Shown in pieces: positions 26,091 to 39,748 of a DNA stretch of 64,000 bases (positions are counted from its first letter, which is position 1; the number at the start of each line of letters is the position of its first letter). The position numbers and the translations under genes were made by a program. The notes beneath the pieces were generated by a model. It did no database searches. It was not told where the DNA came from and saw only the letters and a program-made list of their open reading frames with translations. Source of the DNA: Epiperipatus broadwayi (taxonomy: Eukaryota > Animalia > Onychophora); the NCBI GenBank assembly GCA_028023455.1, contig JAQFVV010000010.1, forward strand, positions 2,914,001-2,978,000. Reading direction: 5' to 3'.

Positions 26091-27433
26091 ACCACCTGAC
26101 AAGTTTAATGATATGGTAATAAATTAAGTTCATATTTCTAGACTAGAGGGAGGTGTGAAATGTCTGCACGTATAAAACCATATATGTAAATAAAAGATTA
26201 TTTATTTTTGTAAATACGCACAGAATTCTTCTCTTTAATAACATTCCCTTTATTGGAGAAAATGAGAGATTGTCCCAAATTATAGATTAAATTAGAATAG
26301 AATTGGTATGTAAATAAAGCTAGTTGCTTACAAAATTAGATCGTATATTGTAAATGAAGAAGGAGGGGAGGAAGCAGCTAAAAATTGTTAGACTGGATTA
26401 AAGTTAGACTAGTAGACCTACCAGTAGTAAAATGGAATAGTGGCAAGCAAAAGTAGTTACTTGTTTGTGTATAGAAAAAGTTATTACCAGCAAAGGGTAA
26501 TTAACGGAAGTTTAACCAAGTAGCAGACAAAAATTGGTAATGGAGGTAGTTAATACAAACATATAAATTGTGAGAGCCGAAGTAACCTCTGTTATGTGAA
26601 CTTTAATAGTTTATTCTATTTGAAAATTATATATGCTTATTTGTGTTTCAAGAGATATTTGATTTGAAAGCACAAATATAACAACTGGATTACTCGTTAT
26701 GTGAAAGAAGACTATTTTCACCCGGGGAAAATAAATAGTGTAAGAATATTAATGGATTATTATCTTTTTATGTTGTGTTTATTACTTTACTATTGTTATT
26801 AAATAAACCTTATTATATATACCCTTTCAAAGTATATTGTTTATTTATTTAGTTCTCTGACTGGTCTTTAGAGACCTTCAGGATATACAGCAACTTACAA
26901 TTTTTTAAAGAAATTGATTATTAAAGCTTGATGAATGTTAAGAAATAAAGTATTTTTTAAGAAAAATTTTTAAAATTGTTTGTGCAAACAATAAAAAATA
27001 TCAAAATTAAGCATAAAGATCATATTCATCTTGTAATTTTATAAAAGTTCAAAAAAATTAAGTTTTCATACAATTTATAACTTTAGCCTATTCAAGTAAT
27101 TTGATTGTAGTATCTTTAGTGATTAAATTGGCCTGTGAAGACTCTTAAAATTTGTTTTTCAGCCCTTCAAGGAAAAAATTTGCTGACTTCTGCTCTAACC
27201 AGATACTAAACTAATGTAATGAAGGTAATAATTAATAGAAATTTTTTATATAATTACAAGAAATATCTTCGTAGACAAAAATTTATAAAATTTCTACTTA
27301 CTATTGTCTTTGGCAGACTAGGCTAGTTGGTTAGAGTATCACCATCAATTCATTATTCATGAATCTAAAGATAACTTGTTCAATTCTTGAAATATTGGTA
27401 GCAAATAGAATCAAAAGTAAAATAAAAATAGTC

Positions 27434-27533
27434 AAGCATTGGTGGTCGAGAGGTCAGCGATAGCTGCTTTACAAGCAGTTGTTCTGGGATAGCAGGTTCG
27501 CTTCCCAGCTGATCCTATGACACATGAGAAAAA
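27434..27533 (+). mobile_element. tRNA-derived mini-SINE, copy 1
   Basis: A-box-like TGGTCGAGAGG, B-box-like GGTTCGCTTCCC and an A-rich tail. Perfect 21-bp TSD aaaagtaaaataaaaatagtc at 27413-27433 and 27534-27554. Confidence 0.85.
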
Positions 27534-30199
27534 AAAAGTAAAATAAAAATAGTCTGAAATTAAAATAATTTAGAATTAAAAATAAAATGAAAATAGCAAT
27601 CATTATTTAGGTGTAATTAAAAGCAGAGATAATTGGTTTTGACAATTATCTAATTAAATGCAATGGCCAAAATAAGAAATAGTACAGATTACAAAAGAAC
27701 TTAAGAAGTGCAGATTTTATTTTAATAAAATTACATTAAACTGCTTAAATCTTGCTAATGAACTTAATAGACACTGAAAGATAGAATAATCCAGAAAGAA
27801 AAAGAACAAATACATGAACCATCAACAATAAATGTGATAAAATGACAAATCAATGATTGGCAAAATTGGGGGGAAATAATATTATTTCTATGGTACTGAT
27901 CCAGAAACCAAAAAGAGTAATCAAAAAATGCAGAAAAATGATAGAAATGGGATTGATGTAATGAGATTTCTCTTTATACACATTAATCAAATACAAAAAT
28001 ATAAAACTAACTTTTGGAATCGATGAAAACAAATTTTTAATCAAGGAATTTTATTTATTATGTAGAATTTTAGATTTCATATTTTTATTATATTTTCAAT
28101 TTTCCATAACTTTATAACTAGAGAACTTTATATAAATAATGCTCAGTTAAGTACCAAAAACATAAATAATTAAATATTTATTTTTTTAAAAAAGCTCAAT
28201 CCTCCAACCAAAATATAAACAAATGCTAATAATAGTAATGCAAGAGATAATAGATCTTTGTAAGTCTATTATTTGTGTTATGCTTAAATTTAAAATATTG
28301 TCTATATTTTGAAATACAGCAGTTGTATAAATTAAATACTTTTAATATTAAACATTTATTACTAGTCAAATAATATATTTACAATATTTGATATTTAATT
28401 TCAAAATAATATTCTTTCTCTTATTTTTTTTTTTTTACATATATTTTTGTAATTAGATATTAAAATAAATAAATATTCATATAGTCAATGACTCAGGGGG
28501 TTGTGATATTCAACTGGCTAATTTGAGCACATTTCCAATCAATTTTGATTAGTTGCTATATTTTTAAATAACTTTGTTTAATATCTATTTTTAAATCATT
28601 TATTAATTGTGTTCTTTTTAAGTTTCATGTTATTAATTCATAAAGTGATCTCAAAATAAAATTCTTTGCTATTTTTTTTTTTCTAATAATAATTTTTGAT
28701 TATTTAGTGCCTGTTTTTAATGCAGTAAGATTTTTTTTAAAATTAATTTATAATTGGCATTTTAAAATTTCACCTTATATTTATTAAAACGATCAGAATA
28801 TATTATTAATAAAGATTAGATATTTCTGATTTACTGTGCTATAGATTTCAGTTAAACCTAATTCCTCTTTATTTGTGGCATTTAATAATTTGAAATGATA
28901 ACCCATTGGAATAAATTATATATTTCTACATGTGACTGTATCGTTTTTTTAATGTGTAGAAGAAGGCTTTAATTAGCAAAGCTTTTAAACAATTACAAAA
29001 ATCTATTCATTAAGATGTAATTAATAACTTTTAATTTTTTAAAAACTTTTTATAGCAAATTAAAATTTTACATTTATTTATTTGGGCTATAATAGCAGCT
29101 ATCAGCTAATTATTAGCTTATTTAACTCATGAATATTTTAACTTGTTAAAATTCACAATTTGAATATTATCTGTGCATGCATTATATTTGGAAAAGCACA
29201 TAAATCCATCTCTTTTTATAGTTTAATTCCACTGTCTAAGTTGTCATTTGGCAATTTCAAGATTTAAACTTTCCTTTACTTATCATTTCTACACCATATG
29301 ATTAACTTTATTTATTTATGAAATTTCCAAGTAACAATCTATGGTTAATTATCAAATTATTTAAATTTGCACTTTCAAGGTTTGATATTAACTATTGCTT
29401 TAATGATTGAAGATGTAATGGGAACAGTTTGGATATGTTCATTTTGAATAAATAAATAAAATGCTGCCTCACAGCAAGAGTATAAACATATGGTATTTTG
29501 CATACTTAATCATATTTAGTAGAATTATGCCCATCAAAGGACATTATTAATGTAATAAGTTTGTTCAAAAAGAAATTAAATAATAAGCGCCCTCACACAT
29601 TTATAAATATTTTTAAAAAAATTACTAGTAAAATACATTTGGTTAAGCTTGGAACATGCAAACATTCTCATAGGCTAGTATACAAAACTATAATGCCATA
29701 ACAGAGTAATGCCTTGTAAAAAATAATGACATATATCTGTTTAGTTATGTAGTACTTTTCTAAATTAAACAGCTGCTCTAGACATGCTTTTAATATTGTC
29801 ATAACATTACTTTAATTATGCGCAAGTATAAATCAATATAAATTATTGTATTCTTATGAAAGCCATTCATAAGGATAATAATTTATTGAGATTATTATTT
29901 AATTTTAGTGATGTTATTCTACAGAAATTTTGCAAATATTTAAATAAATGAATAGCAAATGTTAACTCATTATTTATTCAGAGCATAGAGAAAATTAAAC
30001 AAAGAGACAAAACTCTTGCCACAACATTCATTTTTCAAGAGACATGGAAGCTATATCAGACTCTCTAATAAAGTTAACAAAGAACTTAACCACTAAATAC
30101 CTATTCCTGTTTAACTCAGTAATGTTAGTTCTATAAACTCATCTAATATTGTAATTGTTCATTATCCATATTTGTAATATATCACCCATATTAATTAGT

Positions 30200-31390
30200 T
30201 TAATAAATGTTTTTGAGAAATGTTATTGTTATAAGAATTTTGGCATTAAAAACATAGATACTATCATAAATTAAATAATATAATACTGAATAGAAACCAA
30301 GTATTTTTATAATGAATATCAAGAAATGTATCTAACTATTCCAAGAACTAAAATTATAGAGATATTAATAACAAAGGTTTAACATTAATATATAATAGTT
30401 TATATTTTAAATACAATAATAAATATTGGAATATACATAAAGGATGGGTAATGGATTGTGCAGTTAGTGTGTTAATGCCATCAATATTTATAAAAGGAAT
30501 TAGAAATTAATATAATTTTAAAAAAAGAATAATATGTTAATGATATCTTAATAATTGGTAACAAACTAGCCATTAAAAATGTTTATAATGAATTTAATAA
30601 TAATATGTATAATATTAAATTTATAAAAATGGAATTTGTCATTTAAAATAATGTATTTATATGTAGAAATTAATATAAATAATGAATAAGAAAATTATAT
30701 TGAAACATTTTATTAAAGATAATAAATTAAGAAAAATAGTTTCTATAAATTCACAACAGGCATATAATACAAAAGATAGCAGTTATTAAAAATTTTAAAC
30801 ATAAAAATGATAGTAAATAAAAGGATAGCTAATTTACAAAAGGAATGGTTTATTGAATTTATACAAAAAATGTGAATATAACTTTAAAAGTATTAAAAAT
30901 ATCATTTTTAATTATAAACCATTAATTTAAATGATATTTTTTTCTAAATGATAATAATAATTATAATAATAATTCTAATAAAAAATGGATAAAACTTTTG
31001 TACTTTCCAAAAATTTATATGTTAATAAAAAATTATATTGATAAAAAACAAACGTAGGATGGTCAAATAGTAAAAATCTAGACAAATTAATAGGTAATTA
31101 TAAAAACAATAGATGATATGAAATATAAAAAAGGAATTATATATAGAATTAATTATGGGAAATTACAATGATTTACTATGATCATACAGGGGTACCATTA
31201 GATGAATGAGCAAAAGAACATAATACAATTATTAGAAGAAATAATAAGTTTCAATTATATAATCATTATTTAAAATACAGATGTAAAATAGATTGTATAA
31301 AAAATATAAACCTGTTAAATTATATTGAAGACTCTAATAGAAGGAAAATATATAAAACTAATAATATTAACTACAGCAAACATAATTGGC
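30200..31390 (+). mobile_element. Second Penelope-like element, heavily decayed
   Basis: RT-like EMYLTIP, YFKYNNKYWNIHKGWVMDCAVSVLMPSIF and YVNDILIIG (~30535). GIY-YIG-like KGIIYRIN...HTGVPLDE*AKEH (~31130-31220). Confidence 0.75.
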
Positions 31391-32999
31391 TGATTAAAAA
31401 TGAGTGGAAATTACATGGTTCACATTTATGTATGTTTTTTTTTCCTCTGTACATTTTGTATGAGTGTTACAAGTTGTTTAGTTGGGAAAGTAAGGAATAA
31501 AAAAAGGAAGAAGGAGGAGAGGGGAATCAACCCCCCCCCCCCATATGTTATATTTGTAAGTAATTCGATTGTTATTGTTTTCTACTATTATTGGTTCTAG
31601 TTAATTTTATATATATGCATTGCAAATTGAAACTTTAAAATAGTTTCTATTATATTGATATGGACAAAAAAAAATATTTGCCGAAAAAGCTTTTCTGTAT
31701 TATTTATATATATATAATTATTGTTTTATAATGATATTTTATATTGTGTGGTTTATTTAAATATGTGATAAAACACCATAATAGATTAAATTTCTTTCCA
31801 TTTTTGATGAATATTAGTAACATACACATGCAGATTTAAAATTTAATTTTTAAAATTATCATCTTAAGATATCAACATAAAAAATAGAATAATGCAAATT
31901 ATAAAAAAGACAGGATCATAATAAATTGAGAGCAACTACATAATTGAGTGAACACAATTGAGGAAATGGTAGACTGAAATTTGAGAATCTCGTTTTTTTA
32001 TTTCCTGTTTAATAATTTTTCAATCTAGTTGTGTTTCACATTACAAATTCCCAGCATAATGGAAGAATGGCCAATTCATGACTAATGATTCCAGGATTGA
32101 TCTTAGTTGAGTAACAAAAAAAAGTCAATTCAATCAACTGAATAATTGCTGTGCAAATAACTATGGGATTATCTTTATTATATTAGAACTATGATTTTAT
32201 TCCCTGTAATTTTACTAACATACATATCATAATTTTTTAAAAGGTAAGGCAACCTACAGTTTTACATGAATTAATTTTTAAAGCAATATATTTATAAACC
32301 ACATGCTAAATAATATACTATATTTGTTTCATTCAATTTTTCTTCTACTTTTCAATTTCCACAACTAGCAATTTAAGAGTGATTTTGCTTTCTTTAACTT
32401 TATTGATTCAAAGGGGAAAATAATTATTAGGAATGTTGGAAGAACCCGTTTTTCTTTACAGGTAGATGAGACGTGTTTCATGGGCTGCATTCCTAGGAAG
32501 TTTAATAGAATTGGTGAGATTTGATATAGTTAAATCTGTCAGTTTTCCCAGTCATTCCGCTTTGCCTCACTTCTTAAATACTATTCTTATCATACTTATA
32601 ATTGAAAACATTTTTTTTTTCCTTTTCTTTTGCAAATTTTAAAACAAATTCTAATAAAACAATATATAACATTTTTTTGCATGATGCTTCTTTCCAAAAA
32701 TTTAATATTTTATTGCAATACAAATGTAAATTATTATTTTTTTGTTTTAATTAATAAAAAAATTCCATCTTAAAAGTATATTAATTGAAATTGACTATAT
32801 TTTTGTTTTGCTTTATAAGTAAATTAATTTATCATAGCTTCTGCACATAGTGAAAGTGGTTAATGGAAATATGACCATCCTAAATTTCAAATAGTTATCA
32901 GTGAAATATTCAGTGATTCTTTCTTTCTAAATATATGAAAAATTGTTTTTATTGTATATTTTTTATTATTCTAATAATATGTGTTATATTCATCTATTT

Positions 33000-33900
33000 A
33001 TTTCAGTGATTTGTTGAAATTACTTTGGCTTTCCCTTCTTTTTTTTCCCACATTATAAAACATTAGCATATTAGCAGTTATTACAAAGTATAAATAATCT
33101 TTCTTACATATTATTGTAGACATTATTTTAAATATCCAAAACTAAAATTTAAAATTCCAAAAACAATTCATTTTTTATTCATAATATTTATTAATTTATG
33201 GGTTTTTTCAAGACTTGTTTTATTTCGGTAAATTCATATACATATTGTATAATTTATTAATGTTTCAACTATTTTTATATAGACATTATCAAGGTATCTA
33301 TGTGTAAAAATGAAACTAATGAAAATTCTATATTGTATATCAACCTATATAAAAATATAAAATCATTACCTATTTTTTATATCTATTCAAAATAATACAT
33401 TTACTTGTATCCCTCCTTTTAATTTACATTTTAAAATATTTATTTTTCAATTTTTATTTATATCTTGATTAAAAATGTCAATCACTAAATCAATTAAATA
33501 TCTTTTATTACTGTCAAAAAAATATAGTATTAGTTACAGTGTATCATCATATCTTTAAGTCTGATCATATCCATCTTCAAAATACTTTGGTATTTTAATA
33601 ATATTCTGATTTCTCGTTGATTTTTCAGAATTTCTGATTACTTTTTGTAACAAATATTGTCTTACATCTATTTTTTATTTTATTTACAAATTTTTTAATG
33701 TACATTTTTATGCTTTCTTTTCTTTTTTTCTATAATTTATTTTTCATTTCAAATGGTTAAAAATCTCCAACAAAGATGGTCTTCCTAATTTTTTTTACAT
33801 TTTCCTTTCAAAAATAAGTAGTATAAAATTCTCATTTTGCTGAATTAATTTCACATCTAAAGTTGTTGTTTTTTTTAATTGTATAGTTGAATAACTTTAT
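33000..33900 (-). pseudogene. Possible further Penelope RT remnant
   Basis: FTHRYLDNVYIK (YxDD-like) at ~33280-33320 within coding-like AT-rich sequence. There is little other support. Confidence 0.35.
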
Positions 33901-34902
33901 TTATCTTATAATTTCTTAAACACCAGCAGTTTTATTGTATTTGAATGACTGCTTAAAGACAAAATCCACTGTTTAGATAATAAGATATATATCAAGTGAT
34001 AAATTTAGGGTTTTTTTTTACATATTTAAAAAGATAATTTATATCTATTATTCAGAACTACATTGTAGGTTTGATGTTAAACTGCACTGCATAGTAATGA
34101 AACTATGCATCATTGTGTGGTTGCAATAATTGCATAAGATGGGTAAAAGTGTCATTTACAAGGATTGATTTTATACATAAGTCATAAGGCCATGTTTATT
34201 TAGTATATATAAAACTGAAACATGATTCTGAAATGAATATAATTATAGTGATGCTAATTTCTTTATGTATATAAGTTGCTAGATATTTTATAAAAGATGT
34301 GTTTAATGTGTACATTAGGATTTCTTTTTGAATTTACATTGATTTATCTAGGCAATAGAGTACCATGAGTGAGCAATATCACTTGACTATCATCAGTAGT
34401 AATTTGATATTGCTTGCCATTCTTAAGACAGTTTCATCTAATATCTTAATACTTAGAGTTTCACATTAACTTTATAAGAGGTTTTTATGCTATTAATATA
34501 ACACCTATAAATGTAGTTAATTACATATCAAATTTATTAATATTTATTTCACTTAAACTTTCATGGATCTCTTTTTTTTTTAATCATCATCCATGTTTGT
34601 TCATTTGAGATTTTACCATTCCTGCTATTTTTATTTTGAACTCTTTTAGCATATATATTTATCATAAGTATTTGATATAAATGCAAATTATTTAAAAAAA
34701 TACAAATTGTTCTCTCTATATATGTGTGTGCATATATGTAATAAAGTTCAATCAAGACTGCTTTAAAAGTATTATTGTTATAATCCAAATTTTCTATATA
34801 TTGTTATTTTCAAAATATAACTATACATAACAAAAATAAAACCATTGAACATTAATGTATTATAAGTTAACAGTCTAACTTTATTTTGTATATGTAGAAA
34901 TA

Positions 34903-35789
34903 CACAAGGGTACCCAAAAATAGGCAGAATTTTATAATAAAAAATTATTTACTTTTAAATATTATAAATTTAATCAATTTCAAATGACTATCCATTTGAT
35001 GCAATACAACAGTCTAAACATGTTTTTCATTTTTCAAAGTAGTCCGGAAGTGCTTGCAAGGCAATGCATTTTTAATCTGTCATTTTCCCCACTACTTCTA
35101 AATCTGCAAAAGAAAGGAATCGAGACATTTTTTCATTTGAGAGGTTAAAAAACGATCACAAGAAGCAAGATCTAGTGAATACAGCTGATAGATAAGCTGG
35201 ATCATGCTTAATTTAATTAAAAGTGTTTCATACTCAAGGCTTTAAGAGATCACACTTTGTGGAGGTGAAGCTTACACTCTTTTCTTTGTCTCAAAATAGG
35301 ATGTTTACATTTTACCACATCCTGTAAATGTTTCAGAATTTGCAAATAAAATGCCTAACTATTATGAACTAAATTTGAGAAAAAAATGCTGTTTGTGTCA
35401 AATAAAATCGGTGTTGTTTTGACTTTAGACTTAACTTGCAACACTTTTTTAGGGATGTAACATTTCAATTAAACCACTCATAATCTTGTGTTTTTATGAG
35501 ATCATTTTCTTGTAATCTGTTTCAAGCATTACAACTTCTTTCCTTGCTGTTTTCTGCAAACGAAAACAGAATTTTACATTGTTGAAAGCTTTTCAGTCAT
35601 TATAAAAAAATTGACAAAAATGTACTTTACAAAACAATGTGTTATGTGGTCCCACGATTTTACACAGTGATATCATTTGGCAGATTGATGCAGAAGGGTT
35701 TCTGCAAGATGTATATAACAGCAGAAGCATGTATAACAATAGGTGTGCAAATCAGAGAATCATTTTGCTTATTTTTGGGTCCCCTCTCA
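34903..35789 (-). mobile_element. Mariner element, internally deleted
   Basis: 28-bp imperfect TIRs (CACAAGGGTACCCAAAAATAGGCAGAAT / TGAGAGGGGACCCAAAAATAAGCAAAAT) flanked by TA. Peptides YSLDLASCDRFL (YSPDLAPSD motif), the C-terminal CIASNG*SFEID, and an N-terminal MTEKL... segment. Confidence 0.88.
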
Positions 35790-36904
35790 TATTTCCAGGA
35801 TTCATATTAAGTATAGTGATTACAATTTGTGATGTTTTATATTTATATTCCATAATAATATTGAATTGAATTTAATAAAGAACAAAATATAAGCAAAAAG
35901 ATCTTACAATCATTGTTCAGTAGCTTATAAATAATGAGGAAATTTTAAGACACTGCTTATTGAAAAAAAATCCTTTATTTAGATTTATTTATTACAGACT
36001 TTAATGTCAATTTAAAATTTTGTTTCTTTAGAATTACATTTCTATTATCATTGTTGTAATTTTATACATTTGGTGCCTTTGCAGCTACTCTTTGAAAATT
36101 TTACTTTATCTGTAGATGAACAACTAAGATCAATTTTAATGCTGTCAAACTTTATTGCCTTTTACCATCTCAAGGCAGGTTTGAATTTAATTTATAAAAT
36201 TCAAATTGCAAATAAGGTGTATTCAAGATAAAATAAATACAGCTCATGCACGTTAATAAATATAATATATATAATGTATGCTATATTTTTTTCAGTTTCA
36301 TATGGCAATATTTTGACTCTAGATCAACTCTTTTTGATAAAACAAAAAAGTTAAATAGCCTAAAATCTTGCCTTAAGAAATGTGGGAAGGGGGAGGAAAA
36401 TCCATCAAAATTGATATATTACTTCTGGAATTCTAAGTTAATAGATTGATTTGATTTTATATATTTAGAAATATATACTAATTAAAAATTTAAAAAAATT
36501 GGATTTTTAAGAATAATTGATATTGGTTGTTTGTTGATATGGAAAATTGTTTTCTGTCCTAATAATCACATTTGTCAGAGCTTTGAATGAGTCATACTTA
36601 TGTATTCCAAAAACAAAACAAAAATTAGAAAAAAAAGTGAATTCAATTTACCTTAGAAGATAGAAAAATTCAAAGAAGTTTAAGAATAATTGGTGTTAGT
36701 TTTTAATGTGGAAAATTTAGCCAACTCTAGGCTTACCCCTGATGATTTAAAGCCAGAAAACTAAATAATCTGAAATTAATGCATTAGTTCCCAAATTATA
36801 ACAATATAGATTGATTCTTACTTTATTTTATAGATATAATATATATACACAGGATTGCCACATGTGGTATGCAGATTGTCAATGGGAATGCCAAATCACA
36901 GTGA

Positions 36905-37420
36905 TAATTAATAAAATGTATATGTAAATAAAATTACTTAGGTTTACAAATCACTCCCATTATTATAAACACGTTCTCATTTGAAAATGCTTAGATTTAC
37001 GAATCACTACACTGTTAGAACCACATTCTGATTGTACATACTTTTTATTTAACTATAAGAGGATTACTTTTCTACTTAAATTGTTTAAAATATGCTAAAT
37101 ACTATATATTCTATCCTCAATTGAGCTACATTGAAATTGAACAGATGGGTATCATTTCACTGCAATAAGTAATAAAAATTTATATGTAAATGAAAATGTT
37201 TACATTTTTGAATCACTCCATTGTTAGAAAAACACATTCTGATTACAAGTATTTTTTATTTAAATATGAAGATTACTTTTTTTACTCAGATTTGTGACAA
37301 TTGTTCGAAATATATTAAATGTTATATTGACTAAACTTAACAGACTTGTGCTATTTCACTATGAAAATTAATAAAAATTTTATATAAATGAAAATATTTA
37401 AATTTCTGAATTACCTTTAT
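36905..37420. repeat. Degenerate tandem repeat, ~200-nt unit, 2-3 copies
   Basis: The motifs aataaaa.tt.tat.taaat.aaaat and gaatcact.ca.tgttagaa..cacattctgatt recur. Confidence 0.55.
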
Positions 37421-39748
37421 TTAAACATCCCAATTGATATAAAAAATAGCATAATATTAATAATTTATTTAAATAAACATTTAAAACATCTCATGAAATT
37501 TATGCATAGTAGATATATTATCAGTTATATTTGATAAATTCTTCAGTTGTGTGATGTAGGGTTAGAGTATCAGAATCTCAAGCATATGGTTTGGGAATTG
37601 ATTCTATGGCAGTTTCATACTTGTTTTTTAACACAGATTTCTTTTTTCCCTCTTTTAGTACTAATATTCTCTTTTTTGATACCGATATAATTTTTTTTAC
37701 ATATTTTAGTAATTTGCTCTTTATTGAATTTGGACTGTCATGGAATTTGTTATTTAACTAAAATTCATAATTGATCCATAAAATTACCCAAATACATAAT
37801 AGTCCAAATCTAAGGTGAACAGAATTAGTAAAAAAAACAATTTTTTTAAAAGATATTGTTTAATGGCCCTCTGCTGATTGTGATAACATACAATATTACT
37901 TGTAACTGCTCTATTGAGACAATGCCAACAAAATACTTTATGTATTCTAGTGGAAGAAACCAATTGTTTGTTTAATTTTTAATTATAATGTATTATTAAA
38001 CAAAAGAAAGTGTAAAGTGTGGACTAATAGCTTCTAAAAATATATCAAAAATAATGTAAGAAAATTTCTAACATGATTAAAATGAAATAACAATTACAAA
38101 AATTAAATCATGAAGTAATATAAGTATTTTATTTTTGAGTGAATATTTGAGAAGCTAACTTTGTTAATAGAAAACATAAGTTATCCATGAGAGATTCTGA
38201 TGAACAAAGTAAAAAACAAGTCTTATTTGTAACTAATTAAAGCCGATCATTATTTATCACATTGCAAAAACTAAAGTCAGGAGAGTTAATAAGTAAATAA
38301 AAAAGTAAGTGTAAATAATTATATTTTTTCAATATTCTACTGTGACTTTTGTTAAAAAAAAATTATATAGAATTCATTTTGTTTTAATTAACTAATTTTA
38401 TTTCATGTGAGGGGGGGGGGTCTTTTTCATGCGATCAAAAATATTTAAAAAAATAATCTTATTTTCAAATATAGATATATTAAAATTGCACAAATTGGTT
38501 ATTTATTATAAATATAATTTTAAATCAGTATTTGACAAAATAAAATAAATATAATGCAAAAATTTATATTTTAATTTCTTCAATGTTTTATTGCAAATTC
38601 ATTAATAACATTGTTCCAAGTTAATTTTTTTTTTTTTTTTTGCAAATTCTTATTCAATAAATAAAAATGGCTAATGAAGAGAATAAATAGTTCTTGACCT
38701 ATGCTGATTTCACATTAATATGATCAGACATTGTGAAACAGTTAGGCAAACAGCATAATTGAAAAATTTGTGTTATCACATAATCAATGCTTCTACAATT
38801 GTATTACTTCACATATATTTGTTGTAGAGCCTATAATTTACAGTTTTGGCCTCCTTTCTCCAAAAAGGAAGTACAGTTTTATTTAGCATGTGATAAAATG
38901 TTTTATTTTTGATTTTCGCAAAAGACATAGATTATGCAGGCCCGAGGGCTGATAAATGCAAGGTCTTGTGCCATCACACTGCCCTTAGGCTGGCTTTATT
39001 CATGGGACTAGAAGTGCTGAAATTTAGCTTGCACACAAAGGTGCCTTTTACCCATGTGACAGTCCTGGGTATCCACATTTTAATCACTCATTTAATCTAA
39101 TAGATTTTCATATTTTACATTCACTTCATTTAATTATTACAATGCATCCTATTTTGTATGAATAATGAACAAAATTCCATTCACATTCAATAGTAATTCA
39201 ACTCACTTCTAAATCTAGATTTTGATACTTATCTTTTAATGTCCCCAGATAAAATTTATATTTGGAGCAGACTAATACCTATAGCCATCAAGTGTTTGAT
39301 CGTGGAAGGAAGTCTAAATTAAATTGCAGCTCATATTTTCATATTAAATAATCATCAAAACATTTTTACTACACAGATGCCTTTTATTGATATAAATTAC
39401 AACATTTTACATTTAACTAAATATATATATAAAAGAAACAGAAAACAATATTGAACATCCATGTTTGAATATGTGTGTATGTGTTTATATATATAATAGG
39501 TATGTTAACACCCCCAATTTTTTAGTTTCTGTATTAAAATATTTGTTAGAATCACACAGTAATAACTAAAATTGTAAGATGGAATTTTAAATTATTTGTT
39601 TATAAATTTTAAACAATTGCTTCATGATGACTAGTCATAGACGTTTTGTGAAGCATGGCTTAAAATGGCATGCTAGCATGAATTTTTGTTTGCAATATTT
39701 CAGTAAATGATAATTTATTTTTATCAAATTTTTCATTTTTTTTTATAG

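Larger units (their letters stand above)
23245..26892 (+). mobile_element. Old Gypsy LTR retrotransposon, internally deleted
   Basis: Diverged direct LTRs ~23245-23927 and 26154-26892, both ending ..acagca. TTGGTGCATCAG follows the 5' LTR, and polypurine GACTAGAGGGAGG precedes TGT at 26154. The 5' boundary is uncertain. Confidence 0.8.

Noticed and set aside
27434-27533. Functional tRNA genes here and at 61480-61591
   Set aside because: The TSDs, A tails, non-canonical arm lengths and differing anticodon loops indicate retroposed SINE copies.
35040-35125. Strong minus-strand acceptor plus a short terminal exon
   Set aside because: The sequence is the mariner transposase C-terminus and lies inside its TIRs.
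36735-36775. CUGAUGA...GAAA motif
   Set aside because: There is no stem I or II pairing and the flanks match neither repeat family. At best a dead relic.
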